A DNA stretch of 57,973 bases, counting the filler, from Sphacelaria rigidula (lineage: Eukaryota): assembly GCA_964200075.2 (NCBI GenBank). It is 6 parts of 6 records of this genome, joined end to end, with 100 filler letters (N's around TTAATTAATTAA, not from the genome) between each part and the next. Parts side by side here need not be neighbours in the genome. Positions count along the whole stretch, not along the records: positions 1 to 9,580 come from CAXNAA020008165.1; positions 9,681 to 19,259 come from CAXNAA020008166.1; 4 more parts are not named here. One strand, given 5' to 3'. Positions 1 through 11,384 of the stretch are shown piece after piece. Every line of letters starts with the position of its first letter. Position 1 is the stretch's first letter. The position numbers and the translations under genes were made by a program. A model generated the notes under the pieces. That model saw only the letters and a program-made list of their open reading frames with translations. It ran no database searches and had not been told where the DNA came from.

Positions 1-84
1 ATACGATCCATCTCGTCACTCGTCACATAATAATGCCAACCGCCCGTATTGAGCAACGAGCTCTTCGAAAATTAGAAAATATAA

Positions 85-245
85 TTTTGTTTTTTAGTTT
101 CGTTGGAAAACCGACCGAAAAACCGACCGAGAAGTGCTCGGTTTCGGTTTCGTTCTTTTCGGGTTTTTTTTTTAAACCGACTGAAACCGACCGAATTTTT
201 CGAAAAAAACGAAAAACCGACCGAGCCATTCTCAGCTTCGGTTCA
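85..245. repeat. Cluster of AACCGA/TCGGTT motifs, probably the subterminal repeats of a DNA transposon end
   Basis: Multiple AAACCGACCGA and TTTCGGTT motifs in both orientations. No partner end was identified. Confidence 0.45.
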
Positions 246-390
246 CAACACTGCACACCCATCGGCAAAACTGTTGTCCATGCCCCGTCTACATTGTCAT
301 GTTTTAAATACAAAAACGGGCGTACACTATGCAATGGATGATGACGAAAAACGACACAAGTGCACACCCTATGATAAATATGTCATATCC

Positions 391-768
391 TTTGGCATGA
401 GGGTTGCTGAACGCCTTTATTCGAAAACCCCGTAGTCTCGTGTGTACGGATCCGACGAGTCATCCTACGATAAGGGGGGGCGATATTTGGTTGCACGAAA
501 AAAGAGGCTTATAAGTGTGTCAGACGACCTACCACACTCGCGGTGCGCTTGTATTTGGTTCGAAACGATGTTAATCGGCATGAATGAGCGTCACGTATCG
601 ATAATAAGCTTATTCGAGCAACCGTTGCTGCTTTTAACGACGATTTGACCTGGAATTTCGTACAACAAATGGCCCAAAATATCCCCCCCCCCCCTATCGT
701 AGGATGACTCCGACACGCGATTTTTCTGTGTGTTTCGGGCAAAACATCACGTGTACGGACACTGTATC
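391..768 (+). repeat. Dispersed repeat interrupted by a MITE; uninterrupted second copy at 1704-1822
   Basis: TTTGGCATGAGGGTTG...TTATTCGAAAACCCCGTAGTCTCGTGTGTACGGATC...ACACGCGAT..TTCTGTGTGTTTCGGGCAAAACAT is present at both places. Confidence 0.9.
457..710. mobile_element. 254-bp MITE with GAG...CTC termini and 4-bp TSD (Sola2-like)
   Basis: TIRs GAGTCATCCTACGATA(A)GGGGGGG / CCCCCCCCTATCGTAGGATGACTC. TSD CGAC at 453-456 and 711-714. Empty site at ~1761-1775. Confidence 0.9.
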
Positions 769-877
769 CACACAATGAAGTAGTATTGTTCATTTCGGTC
801 ACATCATCATATACCGGCCCGTACCTGCCACGAACTCGGTGCCGTCTGGGGCGATGCTTTCATGGGTACGGGTCGAC

Positions 878-1155
878 TTATAACAATGTTTTCGTGATAT
901 TGAAAGTAGAGGATACGATTGAGAGTGAGACGCGGTCAAATAGTGAATGAACCCTTTCAGTGCCGAACTGCCCCTTCACGAGGTCCGATATGCTTTCTGC
1001 TGTACTGTAGGTTGCCACTGAGGCCCTTGATATCCCTGAGTAGGATATCAACGTGTAGCTGTATGCACATGCCAGGGACACAGGCAACAAAGAGCACACA
1101 CGGGTTGAAACATTGGTCACGTTAAAGCGAATGATGAAAGCCACTCTCAACCAGC
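878..1155. repeat. Diverged dispersed repeat; inverted copy at ~13985-14255
   Basis: The ORF-track translations of the two copies align (LRVAFIIRFN..LACAYSYT.IS.SGISRA..), and the DNA similarity is visible by eye. Confidence 0.8.
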
Positions 1156-1823
1156 GCTCTACGTTCATTCTTACGGAAACACTGTTCTATATACAGTACC
1201 AACACTCGTTTCAGGCAACTTGATTCGAATCGTCGACCAGTTCCTCTACGTCGAATACGAAGTACGACATCATATCATGAGCCACACTTGGATCTGGCCT
1301 GGACTCCGTCACACGTCTTGTCCACCAGCCTTCTGGGGCCCGCAAGTGCAGCACAGTAGCGTGCGGTGAAGAGATGGTATTCAGGATAGCAACGGCCTCT
1401 CAAGCGACGCTTTGTCCTTCTGTATACGGGTTTGTGTACCTAACGTTGGCTTCGGGCGTCGGCGTGTGGCTGAGATACGGTTGCGGTGGTCGGTGATGGC
1501 GTTGCAGTCTCCATTATTTGCGCTGAGCTTGCTGCTGCATCCTGCACGGCTTTCGATACGGGGCATGAGACAACAAAGTGCTGTACGATCGTCGTTGTGG
1601 GACGCCGCCGCCGTCGGATCGTTGTTATTCCCTGCCTCTCCCCGGTCTACGACAACGGCTCCACTCTCCCTACCGGCTGCCTAGTGTTCATCGATCGTTG
1701 CTGTTTGGCATGAGGGTTGTTGTAGGCCGTTATTCGAAAACCCCGTAGTCTCGTGTGTACGGATCTGACACGCGATGTTTCTGTGTGTTTCGGGCAAAAC
1801 ATGCGTGTACGTACACGGTATCT

Positions 1824-2072
1824 TGTGACGCCAGCCAGTTGAAGAACCGCTAGATCACTACTGTTGAGGGAATCCCCAGTCTTTCTGGCCTTAGTTTCAG
1901 TTGTCAGCATTTACAACATCCTCATATTATCGGAGTGACCTCCCAAGGCACCCACCTAGACACGCCAGGGTATCAACCTAGTGTTTCCCGGTCATTATGC
2001 AGATCATCACTACGAACGGTCATTATCCATATCATCACTATCAACTCAACGTAACGGCGTATTTTCGTCATA
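1824..2072 (-). repeat. Probable 3' LTR of the Gypsy element
   Basis: Termini TGTGACG...CGTCATA form an imperfect inverted repeat. A PPT-like TTTGGGGGTGC lies next to it on the minus strand (2073-2083). It begins where the 1704-1822 repeat stops. Confidence 0.65.
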
Positions 2073-2103
2073 GCACCCCCAAAGCACGTTGCACGAAAAT
2101 CGA

Positions 2104-3725
2104 TCAACAAGCTTGACACATAGAAAACGCCAAAACGATGAGTAAGTCTTGAATACCAAACGCACTCGTATTGCGAGCAGAAACGACACGAGTCAAGTGC
2201 GATTTACGCAACTCCTTCGTTAGAAATTCCGGAGCGGCCTCAAGAATGTTCTTGAAAGGCTCCCACGTACGCTCCTCAACGTCGAAACCAACCCAGTCGA
2301 CCAACACGATCAACGAACGATCATCTGCTTCCGCCACTCAGACAATACTAGCCATCTGAAATTGCCCCTGATTCAAATCATGCTGGAACACATCCTTAAC
2401 GTCAGCCGTATCTTTAAGCTGCGAGTCCGCATAAAAACGCAAACGAGCTTCATGGGTGGTCTGAACACGACCCGGAACAATGTTCTCAGATCGCGCATGT
2501 CCGACTCCTGACTGCGCATCACACCCGGCGACTTTTCAACCTGATCATTTACGGCCTTGTAGTCGCTTACCAGGCGAAACGAGTCTTTTCCGGGAAACGC
2601 CATCGCCAAACTGGACCATACCGCCTACAGGTTCTGGACTACCAACCCAAGCGCCAATAGAGCCGCCATGCACGATGCCAACCGACTCAACTTCACCGGA
2701 TCGTACCGCCGCGGCTTCGCCTTCACCGCGGATGCTCCAGGTTTTAGCTGAGCACGCATGGGCTCCACGCGCGCAGGGGGATCACGCAGCGCACGACGAA
2801 ACGCATTGACGCGGCGAAACAAGATGCCGCGCAGGCGTTTCGCTTCGGGGACGCTGAGGCCTTTCGCCGCAGCGTCCGTTGCGCCCCCTCCAGCGCGACC
2901 TTCCGAGCGGAATCCTCTTCCGCCGGGTCCATGAACATGTCCGGGCCGCGCTCTACTAAGGGTTCCACCGCCGCATCCCGCTCCTCGGTCACCTGCCCCC
3001 AAGCTTCCTGAAAAGCATCCACCGACAAGCTCACGGGACGACTGCCCAAAAAGGCGGGCGCGTCCACGTGCGGACCAGGCGGAGACATCCGCGTCTTGAT
3101 GGAGTCCTTCAACCACTCATACGGGTCGACTCCTAGATCCTGTAGCGTCGACAGCCCCAGAAGAACAACGCCATCCGACCCTGGCATGATCGTAAACGAG
3201 ATCGGAGGCAACGGCGCCAGCCCCCAAGCAATCTTGAAGGCTAGCTGCAACGGAACAGTACGCTCTACGACTGAAACATGCTGACCCGACGCGGTGACTA
3301 CCTGTCGCGCCCCGAGCGAAAACGGGATGCGCGACGGCACACCCGAGAGTTGACGCCTCAGCATCTCAACCATCTGCACCGGCAAACTAGTGAAATGGGC
3401 GCCAGAATCCAACTCAGACCGAACCACAATGGGTCCGCGCTGCCGTTGATTCGGAAGACATAACTCCGCCGGAATGTATCTGTCGGCAAGCTCCACGGGA
3501 ACTTCTCCCGCTGACCTATGCGTCGCTAATCCCACTTGACGCCACGGCTGCGCAAGCTGCGCAGGCGAAGACGCCCCGGCAGGTTCAAACGGCACCGCCG
3601 GCGGGTACGCCCCGCAGCCAGCAAACCAAGAATTTGGCGACCCTCCGACCAGCGCGTCAACAGGCGTCGCGCCTGGCGCTGCTGCCGAAGTCACCGCCGG
3701 CGCCACCACCGGTGCCGGCGCAGTG
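2104..3725 (-). mobile_element. Internally deleted Ty3/Gypsy chromovirus-like LTR retrotransposon (protease, RT N-terminus, integrase C-terminus, chromodomain)
   Basis: Aspartic protease LDSGAHFTSL. RT start VKAKPRRY..LGLVVQN and FRLVSDYKAVNDQVEK. Integrase tail HEARLRFYADSQL. Chromodomain VLVDWVGFDVEERTWEP. Frameshifts and stops throughout. Confidence 0.92.
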
Positions 3726-3729
3726 CTTG

Positions 3730-5640
3730 ACTCCGTAGAGTTTCAGCAGCCATGTCTGCCACAGCGGGAGCAGAACCGACAGCTTTGTCTACCACGAAAG
3801 GAGCAGGCATTTGGCATGGGCGACTTGGACATCCAACGGAGCAGGTTATGCGCCGTCTACTGAATATTCCCGAATCAGGTGTGAACTTTGAGGGGTCACT
3901 GTCACCTTGTGTAACGTGCAAACTCAATAAAAGTGTACAGCAGGACCACCCAAAGACCGTAGACTTCACGAACATTTCGGAACGACTGCAACTGGTGAGC
4001 ACTGACCTAACAGGACCAATTACGCCCATGGCGCAAGGGGGCTATAGCTACATGGCAAAATTTACGGATCACTTCTCGCGTTTCAAGGTAGTCTACTACA
4101 TCAAAACGAAGGATGAGACCCTAACTACGCTCTGCAGGTTCATTCAAGATTTGGCTATTCCTTTAGGACTCCGTGTACACCGTCTGCGGTCAGACCGTGG
4201 GGGTGAATACATCGCGGACTATTTTAAGAGGAGCTGCAAGACTACGGGTATCCGTCAAGAATTCACCAGTCCATATATTCCTCAGCAGAATGGCATCAGT
4301 GAAAGGGACGGGCGGAGCATCCTGAACGTTACGCGTTGTCTCCTGAGCGAATCGAAGTTGCCGAAATGTTTTTGGGAGAAAGTGCTGCAACTGCGGTCTT
4401 TTTATTCAGTCGCCTACCGCACACGAGCATCGGCGGCAATGCACCATATTTCCGGATGTTTCTTAAGAAATCGAAGCTATCATCCTTGCGGACAATCCGC
4501 TCGAGGGCGTTTGTGCACAGGTGGTGTTATCACAGTAAGTTAGAAGAAAAGGCTTGAAAAGGAGTGCTAGTAGGGTATGATTCCGATAGTCCATGGTACC
4601 GCATTTATAACCGCTACTCGGGAAAAATATCCAGCGCCAGAAACGTCACTTTCATCGAACAAGAAACAGGAGCTCCTTGCAGTGATGAAGATTTTTCGAC
4701 ATTCGATACCCAGGAGCCCGACGTATCTGCAGTTGATCAGGACGCACTCAAGTCAAGATTCTCCATCTCCGGGCTAGGGCCAGTTTCTCTTATTCGTGGT
4801 ATAGAGGTCATCAGGGATGAAACGCGAGAAACTCTCAAGTTGTCACAGCATAGGTACGTAGAATCAATGCTCAAGAAATTCGGCATGGAGTCATACAATC
4901 CAGCTCACACACCGGGAACACCAACTAAACTCGTCGACGACGCGCCTGAAGAAACCTTCCTGGAACCGTCAGAGAAAACTAAGTACCAAGCGATGGTCGG
5001 GAGCCTCATCTTCCTGGCTCAGAGCACAAGATTCAACATCGCATTAAGTGTCTCCCAGGTAGCACGTCACATGAGCAGCCCGAGTCGTCAAACCTTAGTA
5101 GCAGTTAAACGGATATTTCGGTATCTGAAGGGAAAACCCGATCTTCCGCTAACGTACTCAACCTCCAATGAGGATCTGGTTTTCAAGGGATTTTGTGATC
5201 CTAGCTATGGTAATACCGAACTTCAGGGGATAATGCGATCCACGAAGGGGACATTATTTTTTCTGTCTAACGGGTTAGTTCAATTCACTCCGAGCTTACA
5301 ACGTATAACAGCTACTTTTAATTGCCCTTTCGAAATGCGGCAAATTCGGAAGGTATCTCTTCAATCTCATACAAGAGCTTGGATGGTCATCTATTGAGCC
5401 CGCAACTATCTACTCGGATTCACAAGGCGCACTTCATCTGTCTTCAAACGCCAACTTCAGCACCAGCTCGAAACACCTGGCGATACGATTCTTTAATTTA
5501 AAACATATGATTTGAGCCGGACAACTAAGGATAAACTATGTACGATCTTCAGAACAATTAGCAGATCTTCCCACCAAAAGCTATGATAGAATCGAACATC
5601 AGAGACTGCTGAAGGCTATACCCAACTTTGGGAGATAACG
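3730..5640 (+). mobile_element. Degenerate Ty1/Copia pol (GAG-pre-integrase, integrase, partial RT, RNase H)
   Basis: WHGRLGHP, C-x2-C, STDLTGP, RLRSDRGGEY, PQQNGISER, LVGYDSDSPWYRIYN, YQAMVGSLIFLA..TRFNIA, YSDSQGALHL..SKHLAIRF..EQLAD. Frameshifts, stops and an RT deletion near 4740. Confidence 0.95.
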
Positions 5641-5789
5641 GATATTAATCTGGCAGGATATTTATCTTTAACATCATCGTCAACGCAAAACTTCCATCTG
5701 AACTCTACCGGATTTTTCCTATCTCCGTTACAGACGAGTACCGCGCATTTGTTGACGTTCGCTGTCACTCTCCATTTCCTAGTGTATTC

Positions 5790-6320
5790 TAGCGCCTTAT
5801 CTGTGTCTGTAACCCTTCTGGTGTTCCTGAAATCCCCACAAAACCATCCGCGAACATCAATCTTGATATCATATCTTCACCAACCTGAACCCCCTGCTTT
5901 GCTGCTTCTATTGCTATTATCAAGTCATTGATAAATGCCTTGAACATTGCGGGTGACGACGTACATCCTTGTGCAACTCCTTGTGAAATATCGAAATATT
6001 TCGATGTTTTCCCGTCTAGCATCATGGCACTTTTGGCACATTCTGTCATCTTCTTCACCATTCTCCACATCGTTCCTCTGATCTCAGCTTCCCACAACTT
6101 TTTCCTCAACCCATTTTTCTATACTGTGTTATAAGCCTTGTGCGCGCCCAGAAAGAAGCAGCACGTTATCCGCCCGGTGTCTTTCCTACCCTGAAAAATC
6201 TCACCTCGTGTGTATACATGGTCTACGAAACTACGGTTTGGTCTCAATCCTGCTTGCCCCTCGCCGATTTTCTCTTCCTTCTCTAGCATTGCTCCTACTT
6301 TATCGTTCAGAATCTTGCAG
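5790..6320 (-). mobile_element. Non-LTR retrotransposon (LINE) reverse transcriptase fragment
   Basis: QAGLRPNRS..DH, KAYNTV, GVAQGCTSSP.MF..FINDL and LMFADG (decayed FADD). Confidence 0.92.
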
Positions 6321-6324
6321 CCTT

Positions 6325-7920
6325 TCTCAGGGGGGAACTGATGTCAACGACAACGTATCTTAGGAACAGAGTACCGCATTTCGTCCGTGGCATGCCATCT
6401 CCGGACAAGATGCTGAAGGAGGCGGGATCAGATTTACGGCATCGTGCGTTGTCGGAGCGAGCGCTCGGGTACATATGGAGCGGCACACCAAAGCCCTTGT
6501 CCTCAAGGCGGTTGGAGAACGATTGGTCGGGTGCAGCAACCGAAGCAAGAGCTGCCGCGTTTACAACCCGGCCAACCGACGTATCACGAAGAGCCGGGAC
6601 GCCGTCTTCATTGAGACGTGTTCACGCCTTGCGCCGCCGGAGGAGCAAGAGTTTCTGGTACATCATCTTCCACCCAGCAACGAGGAGTCTGATGATGATA
6701 AGGATCACAACTGCGCCGCTGACGGAATTCGTGTGCAAACTCCGTCCTGACGCCGATCATCTCCACACCCTGGACACTACATGGTCAGTAGATGCAATAG
6801 ACGAGAAGTGTACTGCATAAAGTATAGGCCTACTGTAACTATTGCCGGCCGGCATTACTCGCAATAGGCCTATACTTTATGCAGTACGTTTTTTGTCTAT
6901 TGCAACTATTGAGCATATGTTGTCCAAGGTTTGTTCATGTCACAATACGCAGGGCCTCGAGCAATCTCCGGATGGTCGAGCTCCGGGAGGGAGTCAGCGC
7001 TATCACCAGGCGGGGTATGCGGCGTGACGTTGCCCCGCCCCATGAAGGGACGCCACGAGCGGGAATCCCGGAGGGTAGTGAAACGCTGGAGCAATCCGTG
7101 GCACGCCCACACCATGGAGTGTGGGACCCCATGGGGATCCTACCAGCTTAATTACCGCCCCGCCACCGTCTTCGACACCCCCGCTACCAAGTGATACCAG
7201 CGGTGACACATGCAGATATTACAGCGTGCTCCTTCAGGCAGCGCAACGCCAGTAATAGCCTCACTTTCGCTCATATTGCAGCAATCGCCGACAACAGCAT
7301 ATTTTCCGACCTGCGGCGGCTAGGACTCTACATGAATGCGCTCCTACCGGATGTCGTCCACCAGACATATGAAGCAGAATCTGTCGTGGAGTATGCTTAC
7401 ACAACGACCAGCCTCTCGAACTGTTCGGCGAGGGACAAAGTTCAGACACTTCCGAACATGTTCATGAAGTCACGAGCCGGTCGACTAACGAACACAGGAG
7501 AGCGATCTTAGACAAGGGAGTTGTAAACCTCAAGACGAACAAAACGTGTCAACCCTTGTGTCGGGTACCTCGGTCTCAGCCGTAAACAAGGCGGTCGATT
7601 CTCGACGGGTCTATGATGAGAAGGTAGAAGCTCCTAGAAGCGTCGAGTCATTGTGCTGGGCTGGGAACAAATTCGTGGTTTCGGCTGCGGCGGCACGTTC
7701 GCACCGGTCTACAGGACTCAAACGCATGGCGTTGACAGTAGCGACGGGGTACAATCTCGACTGCCGACAGCCGGACTACACTGCTTTTCTGAACGCCGAA
7801 CTTGAGGAGGAAGTGTATAAAAACGTGCGCCCGTAAACGAGGAGCTTGACGCCAACGGAGTTCCGATGCTAGAGTGGCTAGAGTGGCTACGGAAACCCTG
7901 TACGGCTTCCTTCAAAACCG
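6325..7920 (+). mobile_element. Second, highly decayed Ty1/Copia fragment (integrase C-terminus to RT start)
   Basis: TTTYLRNRVPH, RLVGCSNRSKSCRVYNP..SRDAVFIE and TAFLNAELEEEVY, spread over several frames. Confidence 0.85.
6810..6887. mobile_element. 78-bp hairpin micro-MITE inserted in the Copia remnant
   Basis: Perfect 23-bp inverted repeat GTACTGCATAAAGTATAGGCCTA (6810-6832 / 6865-6887) with a central palindrome TGCCGGCCGGCA. Confidence 0.7.
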
Positions 7921-8162
7921 AAACTGCTCGTGAGGTACGCGGATATAACTAGTGAGAATTTCGCGTTCCGTGCGGTATAGTAATCAACAGAAAACTCTGT
8001 AAAATGAGGTTGTACGATGAAATGAGGTTCAAGCCCGAAACGGTGCTTTCCCCACACTTTCAGCGATGGTGCTCAATGATTTTTTTGTCGGCCTAATGCA
8101 CCTCGATCGCGTAGACACTTCTTCAGCGCATTTTACCGACTCTGTGAGATTACAGCGCTGAC

Positions 8163-8457
8163 AACAGCCGATCATCTATGTTGAGGATGGAAATTTTCAT
8201 TGGGGATGAGAACCCGGAAGATTAAAATCTTCGTATCGACACTAAGTTCCCCGAAATTGGGTTTTCCCGTAGGACCACAACATTTCGGTTATTGACATCC
8301 AAATTTTTAGGACATGTATGTAGCAGTTATAATTAGCTACTAGTAGGTAAGGAATGGAACCATATTTCGAAGATTTAGTGTCGATACGAACATTTTAATC
8401 CTCCGGGTTCTCATCCTCAATGAAAATCTCCATCCTCAACATAGATGATCGGCTGTT
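8163..8457. mobile_element. 295-bp MITE with ~95-bp TIRs and 4-bp TSD TGAC
   Basis: AACAGCCGATCATCTATGTTGAGGATGG... pairs with ...CCATCCTCAACATAGATGATCGGCTGTT. TGAC at 8159-8162 and 8458-8461. Confidence 0.88.
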
Positions 8458-9184
8458 TGACCGAGACCGGAATCTTCCCCTGGTGTGAACAGCGCGGAAT
8501 TTTCAAAGTACATTGACTGGGAGAGTAATTATAGTGATACCTCTCCCGTCCCCAGGGGCATCGTCCTTCGTGCGCTACTGGCCAGAACGGCAGATAACAC
8601 CCCTCCTGAGTGCCGGAGAAAAGTGGATGCGACGATTCTACCCGCGAGGTGTTAAGGTAAAGGGTTGTCAATAGTCAAACCTACTAGTAGGGTGAAAATG
8701 TTTTAGTGGTATTTCTCTGTTCCTGGCGGGCACTGTCGTTCGTACGACACGGGCCAAAATGGTAGAGAACTACCTCCTAGCCGTTTTGGGGCAAGAAATG
8801 GATTTACTAACATCATTCCCTCCCCAGGGATGAGGTCAATGGTCACACCACTAATGCAAGCGACAAATAAATACGCCCCCCCCCAGGAATGAGATGCTGT
8901 AGTAAATCGATAGAGTCCAGGATATAAGTTGTAGCGATACCTCTCCGATTTCTAGGGGCATCACTCTTCGTAAACCACTGGCCAAAACGTCAGATAACAC
9001 CCCCCGAGCATGTTTGGGGGGAGATAACCCTTCTATCCCCTGGTTGGGAATAGATGGGCTTGTGTGACGCTTCTCCCGTCTCTAAGGCATCACTGCTCGC
9101 AAGTTACACGCCAAATGGACGGCATCACCCCATCCAGGATCATGGCCGGGGGGGAAGGGTTGATTTGAGAGGGAAAGAGGGGGG

Positions 9185-9580
9185 AGAGGGGGGTGTACTC
9201 ATGATCGTGCACGCCGCTGCTATATAACCGTTGACCTCGCATCCCGACAAAGCCGGGACGGAGTACGGCAGGCTTTCGCCGGACCGGGCTCGCAATCAAT
9301 CATCAAGCGCGAAGCGCCGTGATTTGTTTGACGAGTCGCATGAAGGGTAAGCTGCATCCTGCTAAGGTTGTTTGACGCGAAAGCGTGTTCTGATCGCATA
9401 TGAATAACAGCCCCAATCAGTTGCTTCATTTTCCGGTATCGTCACTTCTCGAGACAGCCGCGGGTTCTACACTGCCTCATGGGTATCTTACCATTTGTCC
9501 GGGGTGGGAGGGGGGGGGGGGCGTACTCATTTGTTGCTTGCCTTAGTCGTTTGACCATTGGCCACGGCTCCCTTTCGAGA
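9185..9580 (+). repeat. Abundant ~600-nt unclassified repeat family, copy 1 (truncated)
   Basis: Aligns with copies at ~19480-20250 (-), ~34155-34650 (+), ~49195-49820 (+) and ~54640-55130 (-). Confidence 0.92.
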
Positions 9581-9680
9581 NNNNNNNNNNNNNNNNNNNN
9601 NNNNNNNNNNNNNNNNNNNNNNNNTTAATTAATTAANNNNNNNNNNNNNNNNNNNNNNNNNNNNNNNNNNNNNNNNNNNN
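9581..9680. other. Artificial contig-join linker (N44-TTAATTAATTAA-N44); identical linkers at 19260-19359, 28939-29038, 38618-38717 and 48296-48395
   Basis: Five identical 100-nt spacers with stops in all six frames. They separate segments of 9580, 9579, 9579, 9579, 9578 and 9578 nt, i.e. contigs sorted by length. Confidence 0.97.
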
Positions 9681-9683
9681 ATG

Positions 9684-9780
9684 GTGTGAGAAAAAATCCC
9701 AGATCAGTCCGAGAATTGAACCCACGACCCAACCTCAAGAAGGTTTCGAGGTTACCAACTGAGTCACCGAGGCGACCAGT
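9684..9780 (-). mobile_element. tRNA-derived SINE head
   Basis: Minus strand has A box TGACTCAGTTGG and B box GGTTCAATTCT. It is homologous to 19163-19259, including the non-tRNA 3' tail. Confidence 0.75.
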
Positions 9781-10309
9781 AGTTGGGTATGACCTCAACA
9801 CTTTACCCAAAAATTGGGAGGATTGGGTACGACCTCAGATACTTTTAACCAAATATTGGGTAAGTAATCTCTATACAACCCTGACCGCTGGTGACTTCGT
9901 GCCATCACTTCACAGACTATACCTTGACTGTGGGGGCGTATGATCACCACCAGTAAAAACGAGTGTCCTTTTCTCACCCCACACATAATATGAGAGAGTT
10001 TCGGAAACTGGTTTTTCGCCTCAGAGTCATGGTGGTGAAATTTCAGAGTCTACACCAGTACACCGGTACCTAGAATGGCGACCAGGATAGATGGAATGAC
10101 AACACACCCTCTGTATCATTCAACTCTGACTTGTGACCAGATTCATCTCGGTTTTCAACGCAGACGGTGCGTCCAAGACCTCTTTGGGTGAATGATCAAG
10201 ACGGGGTTGAGGAAGTAAAGAATTAGCAAAAATGCGGACCACGCTATCGAAACTACTACAATAAGTAGTGCAGAAAGTAAACTGCAATATACTTGACTGC
10301 ACCTTCCAC

Positions 10310-10342
<33 letters not shown>
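10310..10342. repeat. (AGT)n microsatellite
   Basis: Directly visible. Confidence 0.95.
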
Positions 10343-10343
<1 letters not shown>

Positions 10344-10649
10344 TCGGCAGCGTGCGGTGTCTACAACTAGTAACTCGTGAACTGAAGAAAAAATACGACA
10401 AAGAGCGTTGCCCTTCCTTGGCGTTGTGAACGGGCAACAATCCATCATGTTGTGTACAACCTGGTGCGAGATATACCTATTGAGCTCAAATACATTGAAC
10501 TGCTCGTCCTTTTTCCCTGTATCATTCTGTCCTACAGTATTTGAAAAAAAATAATAGATGAGGTTGATTTTGTGTGCAGTAGAATCAGTATACGCACGAT
10601 TACCGGGTTTTCAAAACCTTGGATGCGAATGTAAGTTACGACCAGACAT

Positions 10650-11140
10650 TCCGGGTATAGTATTTACTCGTGGATACCCCGGTACAACACCCGGCTATTC
10701 GCTCTACCGAAGGTTGGGTTGATTGGCTACGGCCGAAAATACTCTACCCAATTTTTGGGTAGATTGGTACGACCTCTGATAGTCTACCCAGACTTTGGAT
10801 AAATTGAGCACGACCTCAAGTACTCTACCCAATTTTTGGGTATGTACTCTGAGCAATACCCGGGTATAGATTATGACTTGAGTATGACCTCCATACTCTT
10901 CCCAGAATTTGGGCAGATTGGGTACGATCTACTTTACCCAAGGATTGGGTGGTTTGGGTACGACATCGACTACTCTACCCAAAATTTGGGTAAGTACTCT
11001 AAGCAATACCCGGATTTTGGGTACGATCTCCGACACTCGACAAAGATTCTACTGGGTAGATTGGGCACTCTACCCATTTTTTTGAATATCTAGTGCATGA
11101 TTTTTCGCAATGCCCGGGGTACCGGGCATACCCTATTAAC
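10650..11140. repeat. Degenerate ~40-bp tandem array (GGGTACGACC..TACTCTACCC..TTTTGGGTA), probably inside a non-autonomous DNA element; related pieces at ~9782-9865 and ~31085-31265
   Basis: Repeated TACTCTACCC / TTGGGTA / GGTACGA units, bracketed by TACCC(C)GGTAC and GGGTACCGGG motifs. Confidence 0.8.
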
Positions 11141-11384
11141 CCAACAAGCCCTTGAAGTATCTCACATCCTTGACAACATATTACAGTGTCAAGAGTGTAC
11201 TGCGTACAGTATCGACTATTATTGCGTTTATAAAAATATTCATCATTTTCCATACGGCACGCAGAAAGTTCTTCGATAAAAATATGATGCGTTGTCCAAG
11301 GCGTGAAATATTTTCGAAAAAAGTGCAAATGCCCTCTCCGGCAGTCTTGTTTGCCCTCGGTCACATTCAAGCCTTAGAATGCAG

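Noticed and set aside
9625..9636. TTAATTAATTAA palindrome repeated five times
   Set aside because: Artificial linker inside N runs, not a biological motif.
10650..11140. CRISPR-like periodic repeats
   Set aside because: Degenerate tandem units without unique spacers, eukaryotic context and no cas genes.
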